Below, piece after piece: positions 26,101 to 38,821 of a stretch of 64,000 nucleotides of DNA (its first letter is position 1; each line of letters begins with the position of its first letter). Both the position numbers and the translations under genes were made by a program. The DNA lies in the NCBI GenBank assembly GCA_026023565.1, contig JAPETS010000012.1, positions 372,001 to 436,000 of the forward strand, written 5' to 3'. This DNA is from Cirrosporium novae-zelandiae (Eukaryota). Under the pieces are notes generated by a model. The model saw only the letters and a program-made list of their open reading frames with translations. It ran no database searches and was not told the origin of the DNA.

Positions 26101-29100
26101 AAATGAAAAGCTACGGGGATTAACGAGAGAACTAGAAGGCACTGGACTCGGAACATTGGAAGAAATGGAAATACTCCTCATACCGCCACTCAGCCTTGCA
26201 AGTAAGCTCCCAAATAAAATCTTGGTCGAACACATCCTGGAACGTGCGAAAAGCCACGAGAATGGTCATCACTGGGAATCAGCTTCGGGGTTATATTGTA
26301 AGCTTCTTGATCACATGTCCTCGATAGATGTATACAAGGTAATCCTAAGCGTTATCAATTTTTTATCGTTCACTCTCAATGCAACTTTCCCTGAGGATGC
26401 GGAAGCCTACGATAATGAACGAGAGTACAAGGAAGAGAACCGGTCTAGGATATTAGAAACATTGCAGGATTCAAAGCGTTTCTTGGCGGCCACGTGCGAC
26501 CTGAAAGTGCTGTATAAGAATCAGAACAGAGAGACGGAATACAGTAAAATCATAGGTTTTGATGAATTGAAAACATGCGAGGGGGGCAATTATGGTTGTG
26601 ATCAAAATCCTCACGATAAATTTGAATACACTGATCTACACACCGAGATTATAAATCTAGGTCAAAAGGAAAAGGATTCCAGCGAGAATCTTCAAGAGCT
26701 TTTGAAAAAGTACGTGGATCGGAAAGACATTCTTGGTTGGCTACCTTTACACTACGCAGTAACCTGCTGCTCTAAAGAACTAATCTCAAAGGTTCTTGAG
26801 AAATGGAGAGATGGATGCAATCAAAAGGATTCGACAGGAAGGACCCCGCTCCACTATGCGGTAATGAGAGGAGAAAAGAAGGTAGTCGAACTACTTTTGA
26901 AAGAATGCACCAAGATAGAGCAAGCAAGTGACGGCATGTTACCTTGGCATCTTGCCGCCAAGTTCGGAAAAACTGAAGTTATGGAAACCTTTCTCACTCA
27001 GTACCGATTAAACAAGCTAGACATAAACATTCTGGATAAATGGGGGAGATCTGCGCTCCATTTAGCTGCTTCCGGGGGTCATGTAATCGTTGTAAAACAA
27101 CTACTGGAAGCAACGGCCTCAGTCAATGGTAGAGATAAATTTAATCGAACAGCATTACATGTTGCTGCCTACTACAGATATGTAGAAGTTGTGGAGGAAC
27201 TTTGCAAAGCAGGGGCAGATATTGAATTGACAGAATCGAGAGGTCATATTGCATTAGTGATAGCTGCGGAAGGCAAGAAGGATTCCGACCAAAAGAAAGC
27301 GCACAGAGAAGATCAGAACAAAAATACGAAAACAGAACAATTTGAAGGAGATAAGCCTAGGAAAAATAACAATCGAGAAGAAAAAACCAAAGAATATGAA
27401 AACGGAAAAGAGGGGGGCCGCTATAGAGGAGGTGAAACGAGAGGACGCGAAACCGCAAGAAGATGCGACGCAGGAGTCTATGGGAAAAGAAAAGTATATC
27501 GATGAAGACTTGAGACGGCTAATTAGTTATTTGCGGACTGATAAAATCCCTTTGAATCCAATCTGGGCGGCAGATAAGGGATATAGAACATTACTCCAAT
27601 TGCTGATGGACGAAGCAGAACAGGACGATAAACCAGACAACTTCGGAAGAAATGTCCTACACTATACTACAAGGGGAGGGTATAGGTATATTGTTCAGGA
27701 TCTTATATTGCGGTGGGGAAAAAAGAGATCCGACCTGGAGAAGAATCGTGATATGAAGCAGGTCACGCCATCAACTGAGCCGGAAATGAACCGAGAAAAA
27801 ATACTTAGCGAACAGCAGGATTCTAAAGAGAAAAGTGAAGACAGCTACGGCGGTAAGATAGCGGCCGGTCACCAAGTACCCCCACGGGTATCCCATCATA
27901 GCCCTTTGGATCTAAAAGACCGGGACGGCGAGACCCCGTTACTCTTAGCTACGAAGAACGAGCTACAATGATAGTCAATATGTTGCTAGACAAAGGAGCC
28001 GACAAGGAAGTCAAAAGTCGCTCTGGGCAAACTCCATTGTCGTATGCTGCAGGGGAAGGGCATAAGAACACGGTGGAATTGCTTCTATCTCGTGGGGCGT
28101 GTCCAGTGACAGAGGATATTTTCGGGGACCTGCCGATATCATGGGCCGCCAAAAAGGGTCATACCGAGATCATAGAGCTGCTGCTCAATTTCGATGCGAA
28201 GATGAATATGACATGCGGTGAAGAAGAGCTATCATCAGCATTGATGTATGCCGCAGAATCTGGCCATATGAACGCTGTAAAGCTATTGCTCAAAAGAGGA
28301 GCTGAGAAAGATGCTATAAACTATTACGGTCAGACTGATTTAATTATTGCAGCGGAAAATGGATATGACGAGATTGTAGAACTACTTCTACAAAACAAAG
28401 TCAACACAAAAACAAAAGACGGCTACAACCAAACTGCTTTAATAATTGCAGCGAAAAATAGACATCACAAGGTTGCGGAACTACTTCTACAAAACGAAGT
28501 CGACACAGAAGCAAAAAACGATGAGGGCCAAACTGCTTTAATGCTTGCTGTAGAAAATAGATATATGGATATTGTACGGATCCTCTTGAAAATGGGAGTT
28601 AACAAGGAAGTGAACAACCAGGGTGGCCGGTCGGCTTTATTGTTCGCAGCAAAACGCGGGGTCCTCGATATTGTGGAGCTTCTTATTGAACGGGGGGTTG
28701 ATTTTAAAGAAGCTGATGAGTATGGTCGAAACTCTGTTGTCAAAGCCGCCCAAAGGGGCAGCTCTGAAGACGTCATGAACCTTCTGTTGGAAATGGGAGT
28801 TTCTATGGGACAAGATCAAATCGATCAAGTATTACTCTGGGCGGTTAACAATGGTTATAATACAGTACACCTTCTACTAGAAAAAGGTGCAGACATCGAG
28901 GCAAAAGATAAAAATGGAGATACTCCTTTGGGTCGTGCAATTTTGAGACAGAACGAGGTGTTAGTACAATATCTATTAGAAAAAGGTACAGACCTCGAGG
29001 CAAAAGATATAGTAGAAGATACTCCTTTGAATTTCGCAATTTGGACAAAAAATAAAACGCTGGTACAATATCTATGAGAAAAAGGTGCAGACCTCGAGGC

Positions 29101-30238
29101 AAAAAATATCCATGGAAACCCACCACTTCTTCAGGCAGCCATGAACGGTAACCCAACAATATTTCAGCTACTGTTGGACAAAGGAGCGAATATCAACTCT
29201 AAAAATGACCTTGAACAGAGCTCGCTTACTAAAGCTGTTAACATGGAGCATGAGGAGCCTGTGAGGCTTCTCTTGGATATAAGCGACACCGAACTTAATG
29301 TAATGGACGCTGAAGGTTGGACCCCAGTTACCTCAGCTGCATATATTGGTAACACTACTATAACGAAAATGCTTCTTGAACGAGGGGCAGATATAGAATT
29401 ATATCCACCATACAGTTAAACGGCTGTTCAAATGGTTGCATTAAGTGGTTTTCCAAACACCTTGAGCTTATTCTTAGACAGAGGCGCAGATATTTTGAGG
29501 CTGGATAGCCAAGACCGAACATTGCTTCACTGCGCAGCGTATGGTTGTGGCGTTGACTGTTTGAGGAGTCTAGTGGAACTATGCTTGCAAAAGGAAGCTT
29601 CGTTTGATCTTCAAAGCCAGGATAACCAAGGTCGTTCAGTGCTTTTCTACGCTGTCTTTGGGGGTAATGCTGAGATGGTGAAATACCTGATTATGGAACA
29701 CCACTTTGATGTGAATACTGCTGACAAGAGCGGCTGGCGACCAATGCACTGGGCGGCTAGAAAGGGGAACTTGTCTGTGGTGGAGGAGCTACTTGCGAAC
29801 AATGCCGACCCCGATATCCGAGAGACACTACAGAGGATGACTCCTCGTGAAATTGCGTTATTATACGGGAAGGGGCAGCTAGCTCATGATCTACCAAGAA
29901 TTGCAAAGCGGTACGGGAAAGAATTACAGGAATCAGTAATCGAAAGATCTCCTGGTAAGACACATGGGGCTCTCTGTAGCAGTTGTTTTCTTGTGAGTTC
30001 AGTCCTAATAAACTTGATATTTTCTTACCCTTTCTGGTATCTTACTAACATGATAATATACGTATAGGACATTGTTGGTAAACGTTTCCAATGCACCGTT
30101 TGCGGCGGAGGAAGAGGGTTTGATCTTTGCGAAATATGCAAGGCTACCTCGGACGAAACTCATCCTGGTCATGCTTTTAGAGAAGTTCCCCTTCAAACTG
30201 GAGACTCTTCGGATTCGGAAGAAACTCCACATCGATAA
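23149..30238 (+). pseudogene. Large membrane-anchored ankyrin-repeat protein with C-terminal ZZ zinc finger, disrupted
   Basis: N-terminal family motif GDDFANNLF..LLALFGE..AIRVAGPSW..GRARE..MSSTSHEVCELWNG, several TM helices, many ANK repeats and a last exon CSSCFL|DIVGKRFQCTVC..FDLCEIC..HPGHAF. Stops at 23353, 23788, 29075 and 29417; frameshifts near 27415 and 27965; probable start codon reads ACG. Confidence 0.8.
28875..29115 (+). repeat. About 2.5 copies of a 99-bp ankyrin-coding unit with high nucleotide identity
   Basis: Units begin ctactagaaaaaggtgcagacatcgaggcaaaa / ctattagaaaaaggtacagacctcgaggcaaaa / ctatgagaaaaaggtgcagacctcgaggcaaaa. Confidence 0.85.
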
Positions 30239-31666
30239 GAATGAAAGTCCGGAAACCCCTATATGAACTGCCTAAAGGTAGCATTCATATATGGGCTAGA
30301 GATAATTTATAGTCTATCAAAGGTGAAGGATACAAGACCATTTCAGGAATTCTAACGGAGGTGAGCAAAATTGTCTGGTGGCTTCCACGATGTCGGGAAT
30401 ATGTGATATTGAATCTCTTTTACTTCTTTGAGGCCTAAAATAGAACGCTTAATGAAACCCACACTTTCATTCTCACTTCACAATATCCTCCATTTACGAG
30501 TAGGCTCAACAATAATACATCATCCAGCAGCAGAGATAAGGTAATCATATCCGTTAATGACGGAAAGGAGATCAAATCCCTCCACTTACTACTTACTGAT
30601 CAGAGGAGTAACATCAACTCCATTATTATCGACCTCCATTTACTTATACATGTAAATGATTCCCTCTCCCCCCTAATTCACTACACCAAAAAACGCCATC
30701 CCCCATAACCCTAATAAACGACGACGCCTCCAACATCACCCTCGCAACCGCACCTCCCACTACCTCTCAACCTCAATGTGCCCTCAATGTGCCCCCTCTT
30801 CTACTCTGCATCCCCTAAAATTTCTTCAAGACAATAGTAACAACCTCCATCCTATCTCATCTACTGAAAAATAAAAATGATCCATAGAATCCCTTCACCT
30901 AAACGAATGCCTAGCACCGTTACTAGAAGCACGTGGTACATGTACAAAGCAAACTAAAGAGGAGAAGCACAAGAAGAATAAGAACTCAGGAGCCCCCCCC
31001 CTTTTTTTTTTAGTGTAAATAGTGCCGGAATACTAGGAAGGGTTTTTTCGGTGCGAATGTTGTTTAAGGGTTTAGGGGATTGGGATTGGGGTTTGGTTCA
31101 CCTACTGGAGTTCTGGGGAGTGAGGATATCGAGGTAGACTACATGGGAAAGAGAGAAATTATTATAATTACAGGCAGCGCCTACAACGCCAACGAACCCA
31201 AACTCAAACCAGCCATGAAAAACCCTCACCTAGACCTAAACCTAAACCTACACCTACGACCTCCGCGACCTCCGCCATCGAAAAGGGGCACAAGCGTGAG
31301 TGTGAGTGTGCACCTACTTGCTTATTCCTGTCCTGTCCTGTCCTGAATGGACATTTACATTTATGGGTATGATTTAGGGAAGGTAAGAGTGGGAGTAGGA
31401 GTAGGAAGGCAGCAGGATGCAAGAAATAGAGGGGGGTGTAGGGATATGGATATAGTTTGGAAGACATGGGAGGCGAGAGGAGGGGGGGGAGGGTTATATT
31501 GTGTGGCAGGTGGTAGGTGGGAGGGTAATGAGATGAGTTAGAGAGATGGAAAGAGGGAGGGAGGGAAGAGGGATGCTGCTTAGTCGGCGGAAGAAAAGAA
31601 CTGGATAGATGGCTATCCATTCATTTAATATTTTAATAATATATAATGTGTAATACGTAGATCTAT

Positions 31667-31703
31667 ATGAGCCATGAGCCATGAGCCATGAGCCATGAGC
31701 CAT
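31667..31703. repeat. (ATGAGCC)5 simple repeat
   Basis: Perfect 7-mer tandem array. Confidence 0.95.
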
Positions 31704-32514
31704 AAATATACAGTCCAATACATTCCAATACACTATAATCCTATCGAAAGAGAAAAAGAAAAAGAAAAGAAATACCCATTCCTCACTCACTCAGTATTCT
31801 AGAATTCAATCTTTCCATACATACATATATACATCTCTCCCTCAGGGATTATCCAGGGAATTAATAAAGCGTAGATGGATGGGTGAGTGGATGAGTGGAT
31901 GAGTGAGGGGATACATGGTATTTATTACTTATGAAATGAAAGAAGAGAAAAGAGAAAAGGCTTGAATTTATATGTGGTATGACGTATGACGTATCAGGTT
32001 AGTTCTTTTGGGGACGGGGGAAGGCGAGGGGAGAGTGTATTGGATATTTGTATCGCCCACATATATATAGATGTAACTTTAGTTGCGAGGATGGGGGAAA
32101 GATGGATGGCTTAAGCTTAACCCTATAGCGTTCTATGTGCTATATATATATGTGTGTGTAAGAGAAGGAGAGAAATGCACTACAGTAAGTGGTAGTAAGT
32201 ACTATCATAGATAACCAAAGCTTAATTTTGAGCTATAAAGGGGCTCCTCCCCCCTTCCCCCTTCTCCACAATTTGAATTTCTTTGTTCCATCTCTTTTTC
32301 GTAGGGAGGTGGGTGTATTGGAACGTAAATATTTATGTACATGTATATGAAATGATTGAATCCTTCAAGGATGTGGGCTTATGTGTGAGAGATGTGTGTA
32401 GGGGATTTGTTTTTTGCGTGCTCGCTTGATGTATGTGCCTGATGTATTCTAGGAGTTTTATGTACACTCCCTTGTAGGGGGTAGAAGGTTAGGAACTTGG
32501 GATTGAGAATTTAT

Positions 32515-33696
32515 CTAGCAGGAAAACATGCTAGGTCCTACACGTTGACGTGGTGATTAGCTCCTTAAAATAACAAGGCCGAAAGAGACCGAAAAGATAA
32601 CAAAAAGGTAAGCATACCAGGGATGGTATAATTGCTAATATCCTCATAAATATTAATGAGAATGCCAGGATCCGAAGCAGAATACGCTCCCGGAAGGCTG
32701 ACGGTGGTAAAAGATTTAGTGTCGGTGCTACCCGTTACCTTGATCTGCGCGCATTCCATGTAGAATTGTGCGCCGCCCGAGGTGGATGCGCCGTGGAGGG
32801 CGATGATCTCCCCGTGCAGGAGGTACTATCCGTTTTCGATGCAGGCGGGGATGGTGATGTTTTGGAGACCTTCGGCTGCGATGAGTTCGGTCACAGCCCA
32901 GGTATCGGCTGGGAGGTGGGTGTTAGTAGTGATAGTAGTCGTAGTGGAGGGTTTGTGGGGTTGTGGGTGGCGTGAGGGCAGGGAATGGAAACATACTGCT
33001 TGCGTCGTAGCCTTCTTCCTGAACTTTGAACCATCAGTTAGGGTTAGTATTGGGAATAGATGGGAGGGAATTGGGTATGACAGACCCTGAGCCATAGCCG
33101 ATAGCGGATGTGGCATCCTCCACTTTTTTCATGTAGGTCATCACTGGGCCCTAAGGATTAATGTTAGGACATATCTAGCAATAACTGTGTTACGGAGTTA
33201 TCTTACCAGATGACTAGAATTGATAACGTCACTGCCATCACCTGACACATTTTTGTGAGTATAGAAATTGACGGTGAAAACAGACAGATCCTCTCCCTGG
33301 TCAGTGTATGTCTCCATACACCTTGCACAATATCTTCAGCAGTTACCGTGATGACCTTGTCAGAGGCGGTGGTTAGATTATCACCACCGTTGCAGGCTAT
33401 GCAGTTGGAGGTCACGTCGTATTGGGCTAAAGGAAGGATTTTTATTAGTGGAGATTGCCTCACGCTGAAAGTTGCTGGAGAGGGGAGAATAATTTTGTAC
33501 CCCGTCATAGCTAGGAACTGCAATGGCATAGCCAACACCTGCATTGCATATCAACGATAGACATTCAATAGAGAATCCTGGTGAACAGGTTGGTCCCGCC
33601 ATATTTAGTTCCACCAGCTACCAAGTTCGTCATAATAGCATGGCCGGCTGCACCAGCAAAGAGAGCGGAGAGGAGGAGACCTGCTTCAACCTTCAT
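32515..33696 (-). pseudogene. AA9 (GH61) lytic polysaccharide monooxygenase pseudogene
   Basis: Signal peptide followed by N-terminal His (AAG|HAIM), PSYDG, IACNGG, WRHTLT, SSHL|GP, WFKVQEEG, EIIALHGA, AQFYMECAQI, DPGILINIY and IPG|P..FSC*. In-frame TAG at 32826-32828 (G*YLL), a frameshift near 33425, and splice sites reading GC, GG and TG. Confidence 0.88.
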
Positions 33697-35228
33697 CTTA
33701 TTTGAATGTACTTTTAATAGTAAAAATGAACATGAAGTGGAGATGTGACGATCAACGTCTATAGAGAATTAAAAGAAATGAGAGGAGAATTGGACTTGAA
33801 TTTACAACACGATGAATGTAGAAACATTGTAGAGAGAAACGAAGACTGATATATAGCAAGTTCTTGTTTTAGATATATTGAAGCGGAGCGGAGTGCCAAG
33901 ATTTCGTTTCAACAAGTTGATTCATATTGACGAAAATCCGCCCAGAGTTTCAAGACGACAAGGTAGTAATCCAATAAAAAACCACTTATTCAACTCCATA
34001 CATATGGTAACAGTTCAAAATAAAATCCAACTAAGGAAGATTGAGCTTGAGAGAACCGAGCTGGGAATTACTGGGCATTCTCCACCTAGCTTCAATGTCT
34101 ATTGATGCAAAACCCCCAAGACTCTAGATCTAATTTTATCATCACAGCACGTCAAGGCTTATTATTACTCCAGCTGGAATGCGAAACACAACGGCTGAAC
34201 CTGATGTTTGCGGAATGCTCGAGCTCCTGGGTTTACTTAACCAGCGTCTTGACCTTCTTTGCCGCCTAACCGTCTCTCCGTCACTTGACTCTTGACTGCC
34301 TGGGTACATCACACAACTAATGCTCAAGATAATTCCTGCAAGCCTATTGCGGCCTCAATGCTACAGTGAGACGAGTCAGCGATATCCAACCATTAAAGGG
34401 CGTGCGCAGATATGAGATATGTGGCTGTCGCTCCCACATCCATCCATCCTAAGTCTCGGAATGCCCGTCGTGGAGAATGAGTTGTCAGTCGAGGTTTGAT
34501 GAACTTTAGCAAAACAATACCTGAGAATTTTTTAGATCTCAAGGGAATATCAAGACTTTGGTGTAGATAGGCATTTTCGTTATATTGGTTACTCCAAGTT
34601 TCGATATATAATTTGGTAGTAGTACGGTATGTGGACACATTTATTTCTGCTGATGTGAATAAATATCAGTTAAAGTTACCCTCAACTGTCGTGTAACCTA
34701 CTAGATTCCGTTTGATCGTTATGCCAAGTCTGGAGTGCATATGAGAGCAGCCCTGTGCAGGATCATCCGGAGATCTTTGCAATGGTGACAATATCTCGAT
34801 CCTTTTGGTCCTACTTCGGGTGTAACTTTCTCGGCTTGTCTCTAACAGATTCCAATCATTTACAATCCTAATCATGAAAGGATTTTGAAGCCCACTTTCT
34901 CTTCCAGCATTAATATCAAGGTGGCGTAAGTGCGGGAACTGCATTTACCCCTGCATTGAAGAAACCATAGTGAATAGAATGATTGGTTAACCAAGACAAG
35001 AAAAAGCTGTGAAGGATCTGAGACAAAGGCAGTGATACTCATCTTGATTCCACCGCAAATGTCCGAAGAATGAGGTTTCTTCCTCCGAGTAGAGGTATAA
35101 AAAGGAGACATAATTCCCTTTTGTCGCCATCATTGAATCCCTACTAGCAATTCCTCCTCACACACATGACCAAAATACAAATAAAGCAAACCTATTTTGT
35201 CCCTCATTGACCACCTACATTCCTCAAC

Positions 35229-35552
35229 ATGCAATTTCGAAGCACCCTCTTTTTCGCCTTGGGCCTAGCCTTCACTTCACTCACCTTTGCGAAGCCTCTG
35301 GCCGACTCTTCTCCCGCTGCCCTGTTCGAGCGTAGCAATCCCAACTGCGGTTGGCCCAATGGCAACTGTTACGATAACGGCTGCGATGGTGATAAAAGCT
35401 CCGACGGTATTACATGCACAGCAGGAGAATATGCAGGCTGTGAATGTGGATACGGTTGTGGGAGCAGCACTGGATTATGCGACGAGAATGGATGCGATGG
35501 TGTGAATGGGAGGTGTACCGCTTCCTATAAGGGATGCAGCTGCCTTGAATAG
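35229..35552 (+). CDS. Small secreted cysteine-rich protein (12 Cys, two internal repeats)
   Basis: Intronless 107 aa ORF with a hydrophobic signal peptide and a pro-like segment ending LFER. TATAAAA at about 35096. Confidence 0.85.
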   Translation: MQFRSTLFFALGLAFTSLTFAKPLADSSPAALFERSNPNCGWPNGNCYDNGCDGDKSSDGITCTAGEYAGCECGYGCGSSTGLCDENGCDGVNGRCTASYKGCSCLE

Positions 35553-36196
35553 ATCTGAAGAGTGATGCCTGGAACTGAAGGCTAGAAATATCGAAAATAG
35601 GAGATAGGGGAATAAGAAAAACAAGGAGGGCTGCAACAATCAAATTCGGGGGATGGAAATGGAGATTGTTTCTGCAATTGATCAATGCTTATAATGCAGC
35701 AATTAGTCACTCGTTATTAGTAGAATCAAACAAAATTTGGAGAATCTCAATAATAGCCTAACTGATTGTCTCTTTTCGAAAATGATAATAGTTTGAACTC
35801 CAACTCGATGATTCAAAGTTAAGATCGGATTCAAAGTTCGGATAATTAATGATTTCTGCGGAGTGTCACACGAGTAGGAGGGGCTCCGGGGGCACGGGGA
35901 TTCGGTAGGAGCTTTGCCGAAAAAAGATTCCGAGATCCGCGGATGCTTTCCCCGACTCCGGATTTTATCCCCACTTCCATCTCCAATTCCTGAATCTATC
36001 CTCCTTAGCCAACGCCATATTCAATCACCAGACAAGGATACTCGTCACCTTTTCCTATTTGAAATGAGTTATAGATAATAGAATAAAACAATTGAAATGA
36101 CTTCGAAAGTCCTTCCAGATTTCCACTTCTTTTTTATAATCAAGTGTTCTTTGCGATCAATTCATTATATATGCTAATCCCCGAAAAAACGCAGTC

Positions 36197-37578
36197 ATGT
36201 CTCAAGATGAAGATTTCGCTCAACGAACATCTGCTTTCCGAGCACATCTCCCTGATCTGAATACTCCTCGGTTCCAGAATGTTCATAGCGACGATGCCTA
36301 TGCACATGCGCATCGGTTTCTTACTCAGAAGCAGCCTCCTTGGTTGCACGAGCTGGTCATGACGTGGAAGAAGCTATATAAAGAACCTTATAATGGAATC
36401 ACCACTAATGGTTTGCGCTCGAGCCAATCTTTAAGTCCATCGTATATACACCTTGCTAATACGGCAGCTTTCCAATTGCAGGCCAAGTGATGCCGAACCT
36501 CTACCCCATTCAGGACGAACATCTTCCCATCTCCTCAATCGTCGCCAGCGTCGAAGCAGTCTTCTCCCTCTGTTCCAGTCCCCAGAAGGAAAAACTCCAG
36601 TTTCCTGCTGACGCAAAGGAATGGCGCGCGTGGTCCAATCCAGAAATCCTCATCAACCCTCTCGGTCTCCGTCTCGAAGAAGTCAGCCCAGAACTAGCCT
36701 CGGCAATCCTCAACGTGCTCCAAACAACTCTCTCTCCGGAGGGTTACGAGAAGGCTCTGGGTGCTATGCGAATCAACCATTTCCTAGGCGAGCTAGTCGG
36801 CGGCGAAAAAATAATGAACGAGCAATCATACAACTTTCTAGTTTTCGGTACCCCTTCTACGACCGACTACTGGGGCTGGTCTCTTTACGGCCACCACCTC
36901 TGCCTCAATGTCTTTCTCTACCGCCATCAAATAGTAATCGCCCCCTTCTTCACCGGCGCCGAACCCAATCTCATCGACCAGGGGCCCTACGCCGGCACCC
37001 GGATCCTAAACCAAGAAGAAACCCTAGGACTCCAACTGATGCAATCACTCCCCCCAACCCTCCAAGCGTGCGCGCAGACATACAAACTAATGAAAGACCC
37101 CGCCATGTCCATCGGCACCCTCGCCCGCTGGAACAAAGACGACCAACGCCACCTCTGCGGCGCATTTCGCGACAACCGAACCGTCCCCTACGAAGGCATC
37201 CCCATCTCCTCCTTTTCCCCAACGCAACAATCCCTAATCCTAAACATCCTCACCCAATTCCTTTTGTATCTTCCAGCTACATCCCGACGCATCAAACTCG
37301 ACTCCTGCAAGGCCCACTTCTCCACCACTTATTTCTCCTGGATTGGCGGCTACGGCGACAACGATCCCTTCTACTACCGTATCCAAAGCCCCGTCATCAT
37401 CGTAGAGTTCGACCACCATTCGGGTGTTTTCCTCAGCAATCAGGAACCGGCCAAGTTCCATATACACACGTTACTAAGGATGCCGAATCGCGGTGACTAT
37501 GGCGTCGCCTTGAGGGAACAGATCAGGGGAAACAGGGAAGTAGAGTTGAATGAGGGTGTCGGCAAGGCCATGTTGTAA
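36197..37578 (+). CDS. DUF3500 domain protein
   Basis: Intron 36411-36481. Motifs WRAWSNPE, GLRL, WGWSLYGHHLCLN, PFFTGAEP, FSWIGG, YYRIQSPVIIVEFDHH and FHIHT..R.PN.GDYG. Confidence 0.85.
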
Positions 37579-38359
37579 AGAAAAAGAAAGAAAAAACGTA
37601 GACAGACAAACAGACAGACAAATAATGATGAATGGATGGATTGGATACCTAGGTAATCTTCTTTCGAAAATGAATAAGAGAATTTATTTAACGACAACTT
37701 ATGTTTGCATTTCCCTCCCCCCTTTTTTTTCTCCCTTAAGGGGAGCTGTTAAGTTAGTTAGCAGGCATAACATAGCACGAGGGAAAGCTTATACATCTTT
37801 TGGATGCTGAGCAACCTGATGAAATTCTATTTCCTGGTTTTATTGAATCAGCAACCTCCTCCTCTGGCTCCGACCTCTAAAGATATATCTACTTATTTAT
37901 TTTCTTCGAACCTAACTAATTCCTCATTCCTCATTCCACACAAAAAAAAATGAATTTGTTGTTTGTTTCCCATCCAAGTATCCAAGATCCGAGTCCCCAA
38001 ACTCGTGCCTCTAAAAATCTCTTATTCATTTCTCACTCAAGTACCTAGATATCTAAGTAACCCCTGAAATAAACCCCAAACTCCAAAACCCAAACCCAGA
38101 AACATAAACATCAACATAAACATAAACCCATGACTAAACTCCTTCGGTAATTAGCTAATTAGCTAAAGACCACTCTGATCTTATTGTCCATATGTCCCGA
38201 GAACAACGTGTACATATACATGAATACATGAATTACAAGACACCAGACACCCATCCAATGCCGAATCCAATCCCTCTCACATCCTTCGAACAGCGTGTCC
38301 AGTACATATAGTGCATGAATTGCAAGAAACCTAGGCACCCATCTCGGACGAAGCGTTGG

Positions 38360-38485
38360 TTGTTTTGGTAAGAAACTCGCGTTAATATCCCCGATATCGA
38401 CAAAGAAGTCGTAAGGATTGACCTTGATAAGATTATGGCTCCAATTCCATACATCCCCACCGTCGTCAATAATCACAACACCCAT
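38360..38485 (-). pseudogene. FCP1: Isolated fragment of the RNA polymerase II CTD phosphatase FCP1
   Basis: VVIIDDGGDVWNWSHNLIKVNPYDFFVDIGDINASFLPK closely resembles the conserved FCP1 block VVIIDDRGDVW.WS.NLIKV.PYDFFVGIGDINSSFLPK. No flanking FCP1 sequence. Confidence 0.75.
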
Positions 38486-38524
38486 CTAATCTGACACATA
38501 ACCCCCCCCCTTTTTTTTCACTGC

Positions 38525-38680
38525 AGCGTCAGCATAATCCATCGCTAAAACATTCTCATCAAGTAGAAGCTTCATCCAAATGTAATTGCGGTTCCCTGGC
38601 TTTGATCTGATATCCCCATTGTATGTGTTGTATATGTTGATGTCCAAGCCATAGGCAAATTGCAGATAGCACCTTATAGA
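38525..38680 (-). pseudogene. Isolated frameshifted fragment of a fungal Hsp70-like (HSPA12-type) gene
   Basis: Across frames: KVLSAI/AYG...QWGYQIK/PG...YIWMKLLLDEN...DYAD, resembling the KxPSxIAY..WGYQV.PG..YSWTKLLLD block. Confidence 0.55.
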
Positions 38681-38821
38681 GGTTATTCGCTGTATCTGCC
38701 CTCCCCCCCACTCAAAAAAACACCACCAACCACCAACCCCACCACCACCGTCACAAAAACAACTACCAGCACAATAAGTGCCCCAACAAAAACCCCCATA
38801 CACCCACAAACCTATACACCG

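Noticed and set aside
31667..31703. Tandem repeats here and at 46930 as CRISPR or telomeric arrays
   Set aside because: The DNA is eukaryotic, there are no spacers, and the units are not TTAGGG-like.
20789..33000. In-frame TAG codons as readthrough, A-to-I editing sites or an alternative genetic code
   Set aside because: The same genes also carry frameshifts and broken splice sites, and intact genes in the window end normally at TAG.
36621..37496. 291 aa alternative-frame ORF inside the DUF3500 gene
   Set aside because: Arg/Pro-rich shadow of C-ending codon bias.
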